From Caldithrix sp. (GTDB lineage: Bacteria; Spirochaetota; Leptospiria; Turneriellales; Turneriellaceae): DNA of 64,000 bases. The DNA is taken from contig DYKF01000001.1 in assembly GCA_020722745.1 (NCBI GenBank), forward strand, positions 52,286-116,285, read 5' to 3'. Under the pieces are notes generated by a model. It was not told where the DNA came from, did not search any database, and saw only the letters and a list, made by a program, of their open reading frames with translations. The stretch's first letter is position 1. The number at the start of each line of letters is the position of its first letter. A program made the position numbers and the translations under genes. This document shows positions 1 through 10,139 of the stretch, piece after piece.

Positions 1-648
1 CGCCTCTTCATGCAGAGTGCGGGCAATTTCGTTCAGCGTTGCTCCCGTTGTCGCCACGTCGTCCACAAGAATGTACTGTTTATCTGGAGACAAACTCTCT
101 TCGAGAGTAAAAGAACCGAGAAGCTCCGCAAATCTATCCCGCCTCTCTTTTTGCTTTTGTTCCTTTTTGCGGGCCTTTTTCTTTAGCGCGTTCACAATCT
201 GGATATCGGGTTGTATGAGTTTCCATTCTCGAACCATGGTGCGAACGAGATTGTGTCGCGACGGCACTGGAAGTAAAATTTGATTTCCACTCGTGCCGCA
301 TTCTTCTATTGCCGCAAAAAGAAAGGGCTTTAGCAGGGACAACGCCTTTCTACTTTTATGAAACTTTGCCAGCCGAAACAAGGCTTTACGAGCGCCAGAG
401 TATTCTCCTCCATTACATTTTTGGGAATAAAATACTTCTCTGGTTTTGCAGTATTGGCATTCACCATCGCTCATCAAATTTCCACAGGTAGGGCAGGCAG
501 AAGATTTTTCGGAGTCGTATACACTGGCATGGCAGTCTTGACACAAAAGGCTTCCCAAGGGAAACGTGTTCCCGCATGCCGGGCAAATTTCAGGGAATAT
601 GTATTGTAATGTTACGCTTAAATATTTTGAAGCAGTTTTCGTATCCAT
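1..648 (-). CDS. comF: ComF family phosphoribosyltransferase-domain protein (3' end runs off the window)
   Basis: Absent from the ORF track because its stop lies left of pos 1. My minus-strand translation starts at ATG 648-646: MDTKTASKYLSVTLQYIFPEICPACGNTFPLGSLLCQDCHASVYDSEKSSACPTCGN (double CxxC N-terminus). At the window edge it reads DKQYILVDDVATTGATLNEIARTLHEEA (PRPP-binding VDDVxTTGAT loop). The frame is open from 648 to 1. It overlaps the ruvA 3' end by 31 nt. Confidence 0.75.
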   Translation of the reverse strand, partial: MDTKTASKYLSVTLQYIFPEICPACGNTFPLGSLLCQDCHASVYDSEKSSACPTCGNLMSDGECQYCKTREVFYSQKCNGGEYSGARKALFRLAKFHKSRKALSLLKPFLFAAIEECGTSGNQILLPVPSRHNLVRTMVREWKLIQPDIQIVNALKKKARKKEQKQKERRDRFAELLGSFTLEESLSPDKQYILVDDVATTGATLNEIARTLHEEA

Positions 649-1217
649 TCCTGAATATTCTCCTTGGAGGGAATATCTCCAGAAGATGACAATAGTTTTT
701 GAGCGGATTGGTCAATCTCTTTTTCACGATAGCCCAGCGAGACCATAGCGGCAACAGCAGCAGAGGGGATAGAGGAGCCGCTTTCTTTTCCCGGCTCGTA
801 CAATTGCAGCAGAGTCTTTTTTTTCTGGTTTCCTTCAAAAAGAATTTTCTCCGCTCGTTGTGCTCCCACACCGGGAACCTTTATCAAAGCTGATTTGTCC
901 TGTTCTACGATCGCATTGACAGTTCCTGCAGGGCCTAAGGCGGATAAAATGGCCATAGATTGTTTTGGACCAATGCCCGATAACGATTTGAGTGTGTTAA
1001 AAAGGTCGCGATCGCTTTTTTCCAGAAAACCAAACAGCTCCTGGGATTCTTCGCGGTACACGGCACTTACGTGCAACAATACAGCTTTACCTGAATCTGC
1101 TCTCAGAGTTTCTGAAACATATAATGGAATATGAATTCCAAAGCCAATCTGGTTTGCTTCTACGATACAGAAAAAGGGTTCAAGGGAAATGAGTTCTCCT
1201 CTTATGGTGTGTATCAT
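618..1217 (-). CDS. ruvA: Holliday junction branch migration complex subunit RuvA
   Basis: 199 aa. N-terminal OB-like MIHTIRGELISLEP, HhH motifs LSGIGPKQSMAIL and VPGVGAQRAEKI. Stop overlaps ruvC by 4 nt. Confidence 0.95.
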   Translation of the reverse strand: MIHTIRGELISLEPFFCIVEANQIGFGIHIPLYVSETLRADSGKAVLLHVSAVYREESQELFGFLEKSDRDLFNTLKSLSGIGPKQSMAILSALGPAGTVNAIVEQDKSALIKVPGVGAQRAEKILFEGNQKKKTLLQLYEPGKESGSSIPSAAVAAMVSLGYREKEIDQSAQKLLSSSGDIPSKENIQEWIRKLLQNI

Positions 1218-1693
1218 CTTCTTTTACCTGCCAGAAAAGCCGCAATTGCCAGAGCCAGAGCATCGGCTGCATCATCGGGAGATGGAATGGAATCCAGTTT
1301 CAGCATTCTGCGAATCATTTCCTGCATCTGCTTTTTTCCTGCCGTACCGCTACCCGTCAGCATTTTTTTTAATGCGGTGGGTGAAACTTCGGAACAGTTG
1401 ATTTTTTTTCGAGCCAGACCAAGCAGGACAACGCCCCTTGCCTGGCTCACTTTGATTCCCGTCGTTAGATTCTTCTTCAGGAAAATCTGCTCAATAGTGG
1501 CCCCTTCGATGGGATACAGCGACAACAATTCGGTCAGAGAAGCATCGAGAGTAACGAGGCGCTCGCCGTCTTTTTGCTCCGGACTGGTTTCAATGACACC
1601 ATGGGTAACATACTGCAATGCAGTTCCTGAAGCCGCAATCACGCCATAGCCAAGCCTGGCATACCCGGGATCGAGCCCGAGAAAATAGCTCAT
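1214..1693 (-). CDS. ruvC: Crossover junction endodeoxyribonuclease RuvC
   Basis: 159 aa. N-terminus FLGLDPGYARLGYGVI (catalytic Asp motif), C-terminal DAADALALAI motif. 4-nt overlaps on both sides. Confidence 0.95.
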   Translation of the reverse strand: MSYFLGLDPGYARLGYGVIAASGTALQYVTHGVIETSPEQKDGERLVTLDASLTELLSLYPIEGATIEQIFLKKNLTTGIKVSQARGVVLLGLARKKINCSEVSPTALKKMLTGSGTAGKKQMQEMIRRMLKLDSIPSPDDAADALALAIAAFLAGKRR

Positions 1694-2436
1694 TCTTCTT
1701 CCGGCAGTTCAACGTTATAGAAAACATTCTGAACATCGTCGTGATTTTCTAATGCGTCAATTAATTTGATTGCCGATTCCATGGTTTCGGAGTCGGGTTC
1801 AAGAATGGCCTGTGGAATATATTTTAATCCGGATTCCAGAATTTCCCATGATTTCTTTTCTGTTAGATCCGAAAAGGCACTAAGTACGGGCGCAAAGTCC
1901 TCTCTGGATGTAGTGACTACAAAAACAGAATCAGATACTTTTTGAAAATCTTCGGCTCCGGCTTCAAGTGCCACATTCATGAAATCGTCTTCAGAAGTCT
2001 CTCTGGCATCGATAACAATCTCGCCCTTGTATTCAAATAAATAGGACACGGCTCCCGCTTCGGCAAGAGAACCACCATTTTTAGAAAATATATTTTTAAT
2101 TTCGGGCAGGGTACGGCTTTTTTTATCGGTCATTACTTCGACCATAATCGCAATGCCACCTGCAGCATAGCCTTCGTATACAATTTCCTCAAAGGATATT
2201 CCATCGAGATCACCCGTCCCTTTTTTGATGGCTCGCTCAATGTTATCCTTTGGCATATTTGCTGTCCGTGCCTTGAGGACCGCCGCTCTGAGACGTGGAT
2301 TTGTTGTTTCGTCTCCGCCGCCAAGTTTTGCGGCAACCGTCATTTCTTTTGCCAAGCGCGTAAATACCTGGCCACGTTTTGCGTCGGCTGCAGCCTTTTT
2401 ATGTTTAATGTTTGCCCATTTTGAATGCCCTGCCAT
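1690..2436 (-). CDS. yebC: YebC/PmpR family DNA-binding transcriptional regulator
   Basis: 248 aa with the hallmark N-terminus MAGHSKWANIKHKKAAADAKRG. Confidence 0.95.
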   Translation of the reverse strand: MAGHSKWANIKHKKAAADAKRGQVFTRLAKEMTVAAKLGGGDETTNPRLRAAVLKARTANMPKDNIERAIKKGTGDLDGISFEEIVYEGYAAGGIAIMVEVMTDKKSRTLPEIKNIFSKNGGSLAEAGAVSYLFEYKGEIVIDARETSEDDFMNVALEAGAEDFQKVSDSVFVVTTSREDFAPVLSAFSDLTEKKSWEILESGLKYIPQAILEPDSETMESAIKLIDALENHDDVQNVFYNVELPEEE

Positions 2437-2475
2437 AGGCTTTTCTTAAAAAATCATCTGACAGGGCAAGCGCTT

Positions 2476-5400
2476 TTACTGGCGCACGAGAACAATGCTG
2501 GCCGCGTCCGATGGATTCAGCAACGAACCGGCAATTTCTTTTTGGGAAGCGAGATAGGCCATTTCCACGGTCTCTCCTGCGGCAATTTTCGTCGTGTAGA
2601 TTTCCAGAAACTTAAGGTATACTCCCTTGAGTTCTTCCCTCGTATAAGCAAGCAAATAGGAATTTGTTCTAGCAGTTGAAAGTGAGCGAAGAGAAGACAC
2701 CCCTGTCTGGACGTGGAGAAGAGGAGATGCGTCGGGGGTATTGCCAAGATAAATGTCCGCACTTTTCAAGGCTGGTTTTCCCAATGTAATTGTTAGAATT
2801 CCAGAATACTCGTTGGCTGCCTGCGCTTTCCAGGTTTTTGAAACAGTCGTATCCGGACGTTTCGTACCAGTAACCCAGATTCGACCCGACTGCCAGGGAA
2901 GACTTTCAAGGCTGTGTCCTGGATTGGCGGGCAAATACCAGTATTCTTTTTCTGTCTTTGTTTTTTCCGCATAGAGACGAGCGGCTTCTTGAGAACTCAT
3001 TTTTAGAATACCACTGCTCCATTCGTACACGCGGCCTTGCAACTCAAATACACCTTTGGTATCGGATGGTAAATCTTCCAGAGAAATTTTTCTATCATAG
3101 TACAACCACGCATTGAGGGCCTTTTCCGGGTTTTTTGCAGAAAGGAAATATCGAACCGAAAAATCGGCTGCCGCACTGGTCAGAGGTTTTGCCATTGCGT
3201 CTTCTTTCTGGTTCGACACTTCCAGGATTTTTCTATAATCGCGATCTACAGGATACGCAGACATTGGAATGCTCTTTTCCAAAAGTTCCGGTGAATGATA
3301 GATTTGTCTTGCTGCGGCTATGATCCAGGTGCTGCGATTCCCGGAACTCAGAATTTCAGGATTAAAATTGCGGATGGCTGAGAGATGAGCTGCTCCGGTT
3401 TCCTGGTGCGAAAGAATAGCGTAGAAATTCCTTCTCTGTATATTATTGGTCTGCTTGAGTCTGTCTTTTGCGTGCGAGACAATAAGGGAATTTACTTTTG
3501 GATATTCCTTTCCGGTCTGGCTAACCGGAGAAGCCGTTTTTTGCAGCGCTGTCAATAGAATATCTTCCGCGAGAAAATCAACGGGGGTGTCGGAATTTAA
3601 TCTTTTGAGATAGTCCCCAAATTGCTCCTGTATTTTTTCATCATCGCCACTGTCTTTCAGATGCAGAAGAGCAATAATCTCTGCGATCCTGCCGTCCGCG
3701 TGTGAGGAAAATTCATTTTCAATAACCGCAGTCTGGACATCATTAAGGACGCGCTCAAGCAGGCGTGCGTAGAGTTTTTCTTCTTCCGTAAGCCCAAACT
3801 GACTTCTTGAAAACTCACGCGCTGCAAGAAGATGTATGGAATTTTCGCGGGAAGGAAGCTTCTCCATTAAATGATTCAGCTTCTGCTCAACAGTCCAGGA
3901 TGAATCATCCGCTATAAATTCGGGTGAATTCGCGGCAAGGTCCTCCAGATTACCATTCTCCATTTTTTGGGCATAATAAGACGCCTGCAATAGAGCGCGC
4001 GATGGGGCAGAAAACTTCACACCGTTGTCGGCCAGCCATTCATGCTCGGTCCTTGCGGTATCCTCATCTGCATGGCGTATCAAAGCGGCAAGATAATCTC
4101 TTGCCATCTTTTCTGGAAAATTATTCTTTTCGAGAAGGGTTCTAAATCCACTTTTTCCATCTTCTATTTTTCCTTCTGACAGCCACAGTGCATAGCGGTA
4201 TGCCGCCATGGTAACGTCTTCGTCCAATCCACTCTTCTGGCTGGAATCCCATGCGCGGGAAAAGTACGCAGATGCTTTTTGAATTTCACCTTTTTGGCGA
4301 CTTTGTTCACTGAGAGATTTGAAATAGCGCGCATCCTCTGCATACAAAGTATTGCGATCTTGCGGTGAAGCAGATACCACTGCAGGGTTTCCCGCCACAG
4401 GGAAACTGGCATTGCCGGCAAGAGAAGCTCGAATTTCCTTGACAACTTTTTTTCTGGGCAATCCGGTGTAATAGATTTTTGCTACCCCAGAACCTGCCAG
4501 CAGATAGGTATTGGCGAGTCTGTGATAATAGGCAGCCATGGTGGAAGAATCAGAGGCTTCTGAGTAATACACGCTTGCCGGGCGGAAGGCTGCATTGGCG
4601 TATAGACGCAAGGGAATTTCACTGGCATCAATAGCAGACAGGTTCCCAATATACGCGGACTCTATATCCCAAGTGGCTGCTTCGGGAAATTTTTCCAGGT
4701 CCGCTTCTGTCTCGCTCACGATTGTTTCTCTATCGAGATTTTCTTTTCCTTCACCATTTCGTGCATACTGATGAATTTTGTAATCGGAGACTGTCTTATT
4801 TTGACCGAAAGCGTGAAAGTCATAGCCAGAGAAGTAGAATTGAATCGTCTGTGGCAGCCTGAGTGATTGAATATTTGCGTTCTCCGGCAAAAAGAGAACA
4901 GAGATATTCTCCTGCTCAAGAAACGAAAGTACGGACTTCCAGTCACCGCGCTTAAACGTATGGCGCGTCCAGTCAGCCTGGCCGTTGGACGATTGTCTTG
5001 CAATTGCTCTCCATTCTTCTGTCGTGGCATACAGGTACAGAAAATCGACTGATGGAAGCGACCAATTGCCTGAGTCGAGAAGGGAGCCAACAATCATACG
5101 ACTATCCGGTTCCAGCTTTAAATCCTGTAGCAGAATGGACTTCTCCTTGCGCAGGCTGACAATCTGCTTCCCTAATTTCTCCGCATTTTCTTTGGCAAAG
5201 AGATAATCTTCTCTCGTCTGGCTTAATTGTGAATCGAGATGTTGCAGATACAAATATCGCTCTAAATTGGGAGAATAAGAACGCGCATATTTTTGGAGGC
5301 CTTCTGAAAAAGTAAGGGCAGCCAGTTTTTTGCGCGATGCATCGAGTGTGTTTATAGCTGCTTCGTAATCCCCTGCATCTGCGCGTCTCTCCGCAAGATA

Positions 5401-8400
5401 GCGGGATAATTCAATAAATTCCTGCTGCCGCAATTTAAGCATGGCTGGCCGCTCTGAATATTCGTTCAGCAGAGCTGAAACAGATTCCCGGGAAACATCT
5501 TTTTCTGCCTCTTGGTACTGGCTCAATTTAAGAATAGAATACGTCTGGAGGGGGACAGACTGGAATTCAAAAGCTCTTCTACCCGCGAGAGAGAATTCTG
5601 AAAGAGCTGGTTTGGTTCTTCCCATAAATTCATACAGGGTTCCTCTGTTTAACCCCATTCCAATTTTTAGGCGCTGGTCTTTAGGATCGGTAAAGTCTAC
5701 ATAATCCAGCCTGGCATTCTTTTTATCGGTGAGTCCAGGATTCGGTATTTTACCGGAATAGAGCCTGGCGGGAAGTTCCGTACGAGTCAGCATTTCTCTG
5801 TGCTTAGATTCAAATTTTTCCAGAGACATTGGTTTTAACGAGCTTATGAAATCAGCCTGAGCAGACTGAAAAAGAACCGTTTCAAATCCGGCACGGAACA
5901 AGTGGTGGGGATACAAGGTTTTAGCCGATTCAAAACGTATCAATGCTTTTTCCGAATCAGTAAGACGAAGTTTTTTATTTTTCTTTTTAAGTTTCTCTTC
6001 TGCAAGATCGATTGCTTCTTTTTCGTAGTCACTTATAAACTTGTTGAGATTATTGAGAGTTGACTGTGCAATTTTCTTGCGCTCCTTCGCAGGTGTAGAA
6101 GGAGCGTCTATCCTGCGCGCTGCAATATAGAGAAGATTTTTTCTTGCTTTTTCAAGATCGTCCGGATTTTTCATTTCCTCAGCCAGCTTAAAAGCTTTTT
6201 GCACTGCTCCTTCTGCGGCATCGAGGTTTCCATTTCCGTAGAAATTTGCTGCCTGTCTAAAGTACACATTGACCAGAGCTTCACGTCCTAATTTGGATTT
6301 GTCTTTTTCCAGAAGAATTCGGAGCTGGTCTAAAGAATCAGCTTCTGCACTGGATACTCCGCGCTCTTTGTAAATTTGTGCCCGTACGGAATGGATAAAT
6401 TCCTTCCTGTGTATGGTGGGAACCGGAAATACGATATGATTTTTTCCCTGGTATACCATGTCAGAATCCAGCGAATACACGAGTCCAAGCAGCCATGTCC
6501 ACGGCTGCTCCATGCCAAGTACTTTCAGTCGGATATAGTATTTTGGAGCCTTGATCTCTTCCTCGCCGCGAAGTGCTGCTTCGGCCTGGTTCACATTGAG
6601 CAGAGCCTTGTCGTAATCGAGCACTGACAGGTAATGCCTGGAAAGCTCCATGTGTACGTAAGAACGATCACTCCTGTATCCGGCTGCATTTTGGCGGGTG
6701 AGAATATTCTCCAGAGTTTTGATTGCCTGGACAGAATTGCCTGACAAATCAAAGTTGACCGCACGGTATTTATCTAGCAATTCCAGCTTGGCAAAAATCT
6801 CTTTTCGTTCGTTGCCAGACTTTCCGCTTAATACAGTCTCATACACGGAAATAGCTTTATCGTAACTTGCGGTAGATTCTCGGTATTTACCCGTAAAGTA
6901 CAAAGAGCGACCATAATTAAAATGAAAGATGGCTTCCTGCTTTTTGTTGCTGAAAACAAAGCGATCCGCCTGAATTTCTTCTGAAACAAGCGAATAGTGC
7001 TCTTCTGCTTTGGCAAAGTTGCTTAATAGATAGTAGTTATTGCCCATGTTCAGGTGGAAACTGGCTATCGTGGCAGACGGAACTGTTCCAGAAAACTGTG
7101 CGATAATCTTTTGATACAATGCAATATTTTTCTCGTATAGATATTCAGGAAAATATTTGGCATAGAGCAGCTGGAACCGTTCCCTGTCTTTCTGCTTCTG
7201 AAGATTCCCCGTCATTTTGTCTTTCTGGTTATCAATGTACTGGTACATCCAGCCGAGCATTACGTAAGAATCAAAAAAATCGGGATCGGCAAAGAATGTC
7301 CAGTAATAATCACTTTCTGCAGCATAAAATTGTTTTAAGACTTCTTCTTTCTGGGAGGTAGATAACCCCTTCTTCTCATATTCCTGGTGCATGGAAGCCC
7401 CCCTCTGGGTGAGCAGATACGCACGAGAAAAGATGAATGGAGTATTGAGTCCAAGTCGTCCCTTATCAAGATTCTTTTCAAAATAATTTAGAATGTCTTT
7501 ATGCAATTTATCATCCTCTGTCCGCATTCTTACAGCCAGATCAGACGAGCGCAAGGCAGCCGTGAGAAGAGTATTTTTTTCTGCTCGCGTCAGCGTATTT
7601 TTCACTGATTTCGACAAAGAAAGATCTAAGACGGAGCGATACATTTCCCAGGCCTTGGCAAACTGGCGGCCACTCTCAAGCTCCTGGCCCCTTTGTGAAT
7701 AATAAGTCATGGTAGACTCGTACATGGATGGATATTCCGGATCCTTAAATCCAGCATCGTAAAACTGAATTGCCTCTCTGTAGGAAGAAAAGGTTGCCGG
7801 ACGGTCTCCTTTTATCTCTTCATTTTTCCCTTTCAATTTGTAATAAAGATAATTGAGATATTCGTTTTTGTCTTTCTGTTTTTCGAGCTCAGCGATGGGA
7901 ATAGTGGCTGCATCGGCATTTTTTTCACGAAGGAGTACCTCCGCTTTTGCTGCGTATAAAAGAGCTTCTGCTACCGTTTTCTTATTGGAGGAGACCATGG
8001 AATCATACAGTTTCAACTGCCTTTTTTCGAGCATAGAAACAGCGTGCTCAAATGCAAAGCGGCGCGCATCTGCGGAAAGCTGTTCGGTAATATGATTTTG
8101 TGCAAACTCACGGAATGCCGCCGGATACTCGGCCAGATACTTTTGATCGGCTTCTGTAAAGAACAAAAGCTCCGGAGAAAAAGTGGTGGCAGTATTTGCT
8201 TTGGCTATTTCCCAGAGTACGCGATTGGAGCGATCGTAATTTTCTGAGAGAGAAGAGCTAAGAATCTTCATGGCTTCCGGAAGATTTCCTTCAGAAAGTT
8301 TATGGAGACCCGCTGTTTCTTTTAGAAAATTTTGTACAGATACGGTGCGCCTTGCGGCTTTGGCAGAAAGTTCTTTGGAGAGTTTATCTTTTTCGCGCGC

Positions 8401-10002
8401 CGAGAGGTGTGCAACGGATGAATGATTTTCAAGCTGGCTGCGAATTTCCGAGACTGTATACGGCTCATAATATTCCTGTAGTTCTGGCAGCTCTGACATT
8501 CTTGCAAGGTAGTCTCCGGGACTTTCTCCCGAGGCTGGCTTGTACGGAGTATTCGCGGACAGGAATGCCTGCAAATCGGTTTGGCCTTTATAACGGGCCT
8601 GGTATTCTGCAAGAATCAGAAGGGCGGGTGATTTTTCCTCTGCCATGGTCTCCAGCAGGCGCGTAGTAAGTTCAGTAGAATATCCCCATTTTTTGCGCCC
8701 TTCATGATTTTGGATGAGAGCTTCGGATGCAAAAACCGGAAAGAGGGGATCTGTACCGTGGAGAATGGGATAGAGATCCAGACTCTGCAGATAGACAGAT
8801 CTTTCCTCTGTCGTGATGGCAGATTCTAACAGTTCGTTACTCAATTCCCTTTGTTCAGAAATATCGGATCGGCCCGGGACGGGACCATATTCCGGCATCA
8901 GAGAAATGTTAATATTGTCGCCATCACTTTTGGAGAAGAGCAGAGTGCCTCCTAAAAAGGATGACTGGCGGGCAGAAATGACATTCATATTTTCCGGAGA
9001 AACCGGTAAGATATCTGCTGAAAGAATTTGCTGTTCGTCTTTTTTCCCGAGAAGAACAGGGCGGGCAGTGGGCAAATTGCGGCGCAAGATTTTTCCACTG
9101 TCTTTTCTATCGAGATAGCCATTTCCGTTCGTGTCTTTCTCTACCAGAGTATATAGTATTGCCTGGCCGTCCGCCGTATACTGGGGAAACATTTCCAGAT
9201 ACTGCGTATTCGTAATGCGCTCTGTTTTACCCGTTTCCAGATGGACGGAAAAAATATCTCCGTTAGATGAATCGTCGGGATAGGATACAAACACGATCGA
9301 CTTTCCATCGGGAGAGAAGGATGGCATTACCCCACCTGCCTCGGTAAGTTTTCTCGCTGTAGAAGGTTTCCCCACTTCCATAATCCAGATATTCTGTGGA
9401 GTGCCCGGTTCTGGTCCATAGGGCTCGCCGGGAAACTGCTGCATATCGGAGGCCCATGCTAAATAGCGGCTGTCCGTTGAGAACACAGGATTGGAATCCC
9501 GTGAGCGAACCCTATTTTTTTCGCTGTTGGTAATAAATTTTCTGTAGTATCTGTTTTTTTCCGCTGCATCTGCTTTGTTCACTGCGTTTTTTATGGATGA
9601 AAACCGCGCCGGCATGATTACGATATCTCCATCGGGATCGAGCTCGTCGTCTACCATGGCTATGGTGCGTCCATCCGGGCTGATGACGGGTTCTTTCTGG
9701 TTACTTGCCGCAATCAGAAAAGGGTAGCTGCGCACGCTGTTTAGTGGTTTGTAATACAGATTGTATGTTCCATCTTCGTTGCTGCTGTACAGAAGGTAGT
9801 CTCCTTTTGCCGAAACAGACGCAGAAGAGGATTCCCCCCGGTTGAGCGTAACGGGAATTTCTCCTCCCGTTCCTTCAACGTACTGCCGCTGGTACAGATT
9901 CTGGTAACTGAAACTGTTACTCGTTTTACCCATAAAAGACGAGCAGTTAGCCAGAAAGAGAGTGGATGAAATGGCAATCAGAAGGGAAGCAACGCGCTGC
10001 AT
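2476..10002 (-). CDS. Giant (2508 aa) lipoprotein: N-terminal TolB-like PD40 beta-propeller plus long TPR/alpha-solenoid region
   Basis: Uninterrupted 7.5-kb ORF. Signal plus lipobox MQRVASLLIAISSTLFLANC. PD40-like repeats (SPDGRTIAMV, STDSRYLAWAS, FSPDGKSIVFVS, YTADGQAILYT). About 2000 aa of helical Y/A/L/E-rich TPR-like sequence follows. Confidence 0.85.
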   Translation of the reverse strand: MQRVASLLIAISSTLFLANCSSFMGKTSNSFSYQNLYQRQYVEGTGGEIPVTLNRGESSSASVSAKGDYLLYSSNEDGTYNLYYKPLNSVRSYPFLIAASNQKEPVISPDGRTIAMVDDELDPDGDIVIMPARFSSIKNAVNKADAAEKNRYYRKFITNSEKNRVRSRDSNPVFSTDSRYLAWASDMQQFPGEPYGPEPGTPQNIWIMEVGKPSTARKLTEAGGVMPSFSPDGKSIVFVSYPDDSSNGDIFSVHLETGKTERITNTQYLEMFPQYTADGQAILYTLVEKDTNGNGYLDRKDSGKILRRNLPTARPVLLGKKDEQQILSADILPVSPENMNVISARQSSFLGGTLLFSKSDGDNINISLMPEYGPVPGRSDISEQRELSNELLESAITTEERSVYLQSLDLYPILHGTDPLFPVFASEALIQNHEGRKKWGYSTELTTRLLETMAEEKSPALLILAEYQARYKGQTDLQAFLSANTPYKPASGESPGDYLARMSELPELQEYYEPYTVSEIRSQLENHSSVAHLSAREKDKLSKELSAKAARRTVSVQNFLKETAGLHKLSEGNLPEAMKILSSSLSENYDRSNRVLWEIAKANTATTFSPELLFFTEADQKYLAEYPAAFREFAQNHITEQLSADARRFAFEHAVSMLEKRQLKLYDSMVSSNKKTVAEALLYAAKAEVLLREKNADAATIPIAELEKQKDKNEYLNYLYYKLKGKNEEIKGDRPATFSSYREAIQFYDAGFKDPEYPSMYESTMTYYSQRGQELESGRQFAKAWEMYRSVLDLSLSKSVKNTLTRAEKNTLLTAALRSSDLAVRMRTEDDKLHKDILNYFEKNLDKGRLGLNTPFIFSRAYLLTQRGASMHQEYEKKGLSTSQKEEVLKQFYAAESDYYWTFFADPDFFDSYVMLGWMYQYIDNQKDKMTGNLQKQKDRERFQLLYAKYFPEYLYEKNIALYQKIIAQFSGTVPSATIASFHLNMGNNYYLLSNFAKAEEHYSLVSEEIQADRFVFSNKKQEAIFHFNYGRSLYFTGKYRESTASYDKAISVYETVLSGKSGNERKEIFAKLELLDKYRAVNFDLSGNSVQAIKTLENILTRQNAAGYRSDRSYVHMELSRHYLSVLDYDKALLNVNQAEAALRGEEEIKAPKYYIRLKVLGMEQPWTWLLGLVYSLDSDMVYQGKNHIVFPVPTIHRKEFIHSVRAQIYKERGVSSAEADSLDQLRILLEKDKSKLGREALVNVYFRQAANFYGNGNLDAAEGAVQKAFKLAEEMKNPDDLEKARKNLLYIAARRIDAPSTPAKERKKIAQSTLNNLNKFISDYEKEAIDLAEEKLKKKNKKLRLTDSEKALIRFESAKTLYPHHLFRAGFETVLFQSAQADFISSLKPMSLEKFESKHREMLTRTELPARLYSGKIPNPGLTDKKNARLDYVDFTDPKDQRLKIGMGLNRGTLYEFMGRTKPALSEFSLAGRRAFEFQSVPLQTYSILKLSQYQEAEKDVSRESVSALLNEYSERPAMLKLRQQEFIELSRYLAERRADAGDYEAAINTLDASRKKLAALTFSEGLQKYARSYSPNLERYLYLQHLDSQLSQTREDYLFAKENAEKLGKQIVSLRKEKSILLQDLKLEPDSRMIVGSLLDSGNWSLPSVDFLYLYATTEEWRAIARQSSNGQADWTRHTFKRGDWKSVLSFLEQENISVLFLPENANIQSLRLPQTIQFYFSGYDFHAFGQNKTVSDYKIHQYARNGEGKENLDRETIVSETEADLEKFPEAATWDIESAYIGNLSAIDASEIPLRLYANAAFRPASVYYSEASDSSTMAAYYHRLANTYLLAGSGVAKIYYTGLPRKKVVKEIRASLAGNASFPVAGNPAVVSASPQDRNTLYAEDARYFKSLSEQSRQKGEIQKASAYFSRAWDSSQKSGLDEDVTMAAYRYALWLSEGKIEDGKSGFRTLLEKNNFPEKMARDYLAALIRHADEDTARTEHEWLADNGVKFSAPSRALLQASYYAQKMENGNLEDLAANSPEFIADDSSWTVEQKLNHLMEKLPSRENSIHLLAAREFSRSQFGLTEEEKLYARLLERVLNDVQTAVIENEFSSHADGRIAEIIALLHLKDSGDDEKIQEQFGDYLKRLNSDTPVDFLAEDILLTALQKTASPVSQTGKEYPKVNSLIVSHAKDRLKQTNNIQRRNFYAILSHQETGAAHLSAIRNFNPEILSSGNRSTWIIAAARQIYHSPELLEKSIPMSAYPVDRDYRKILEVSNQKEDAMAKPLTSAAADFSVRYFLSAKNPEKALNAWLYYDRKISLEDLPSDTKGVFELQGRVYEWSSGILKMSSQEAARLYAEKTKTEKEYWYLPANPGHSLESLPWQSGRIWVTGTKRPDTTVSKTWKAQAANEYSGILTITLGKPALKSADIYLGNTPDASPLLHVQTGVSSLRSLSTARTNSYLLAYTREELKGVYLKFLEIYTTKIAAGETVEMAYLASQKEIAGSLLNPSDAASIVLVRQ

Positions 10003-10139
10003 ACGCCCTGAATGCCAGTGGAAAATCTATTGTCGAGTCTTTTTCTATTCGACGGAGATTGACAGAAGGAATTATTTTTACCAGAGCGGCTTTTTCATTT
10101 ACCGTTCAAAGCGGTTCGGGCTTTTGCCGATACAGTATT

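Noticed and set aside
9966-10139. N-terminal extensions given by longest-ORF starts (also 28376, 34366, 36442, 39437, 45858, 54348, 55885, 28435)
   Set aside because: Each extension overlaps a neighbouring gene or lacks protein-like composition. In each case an internal ATG gives a canonical N-terminus or signal peptide.
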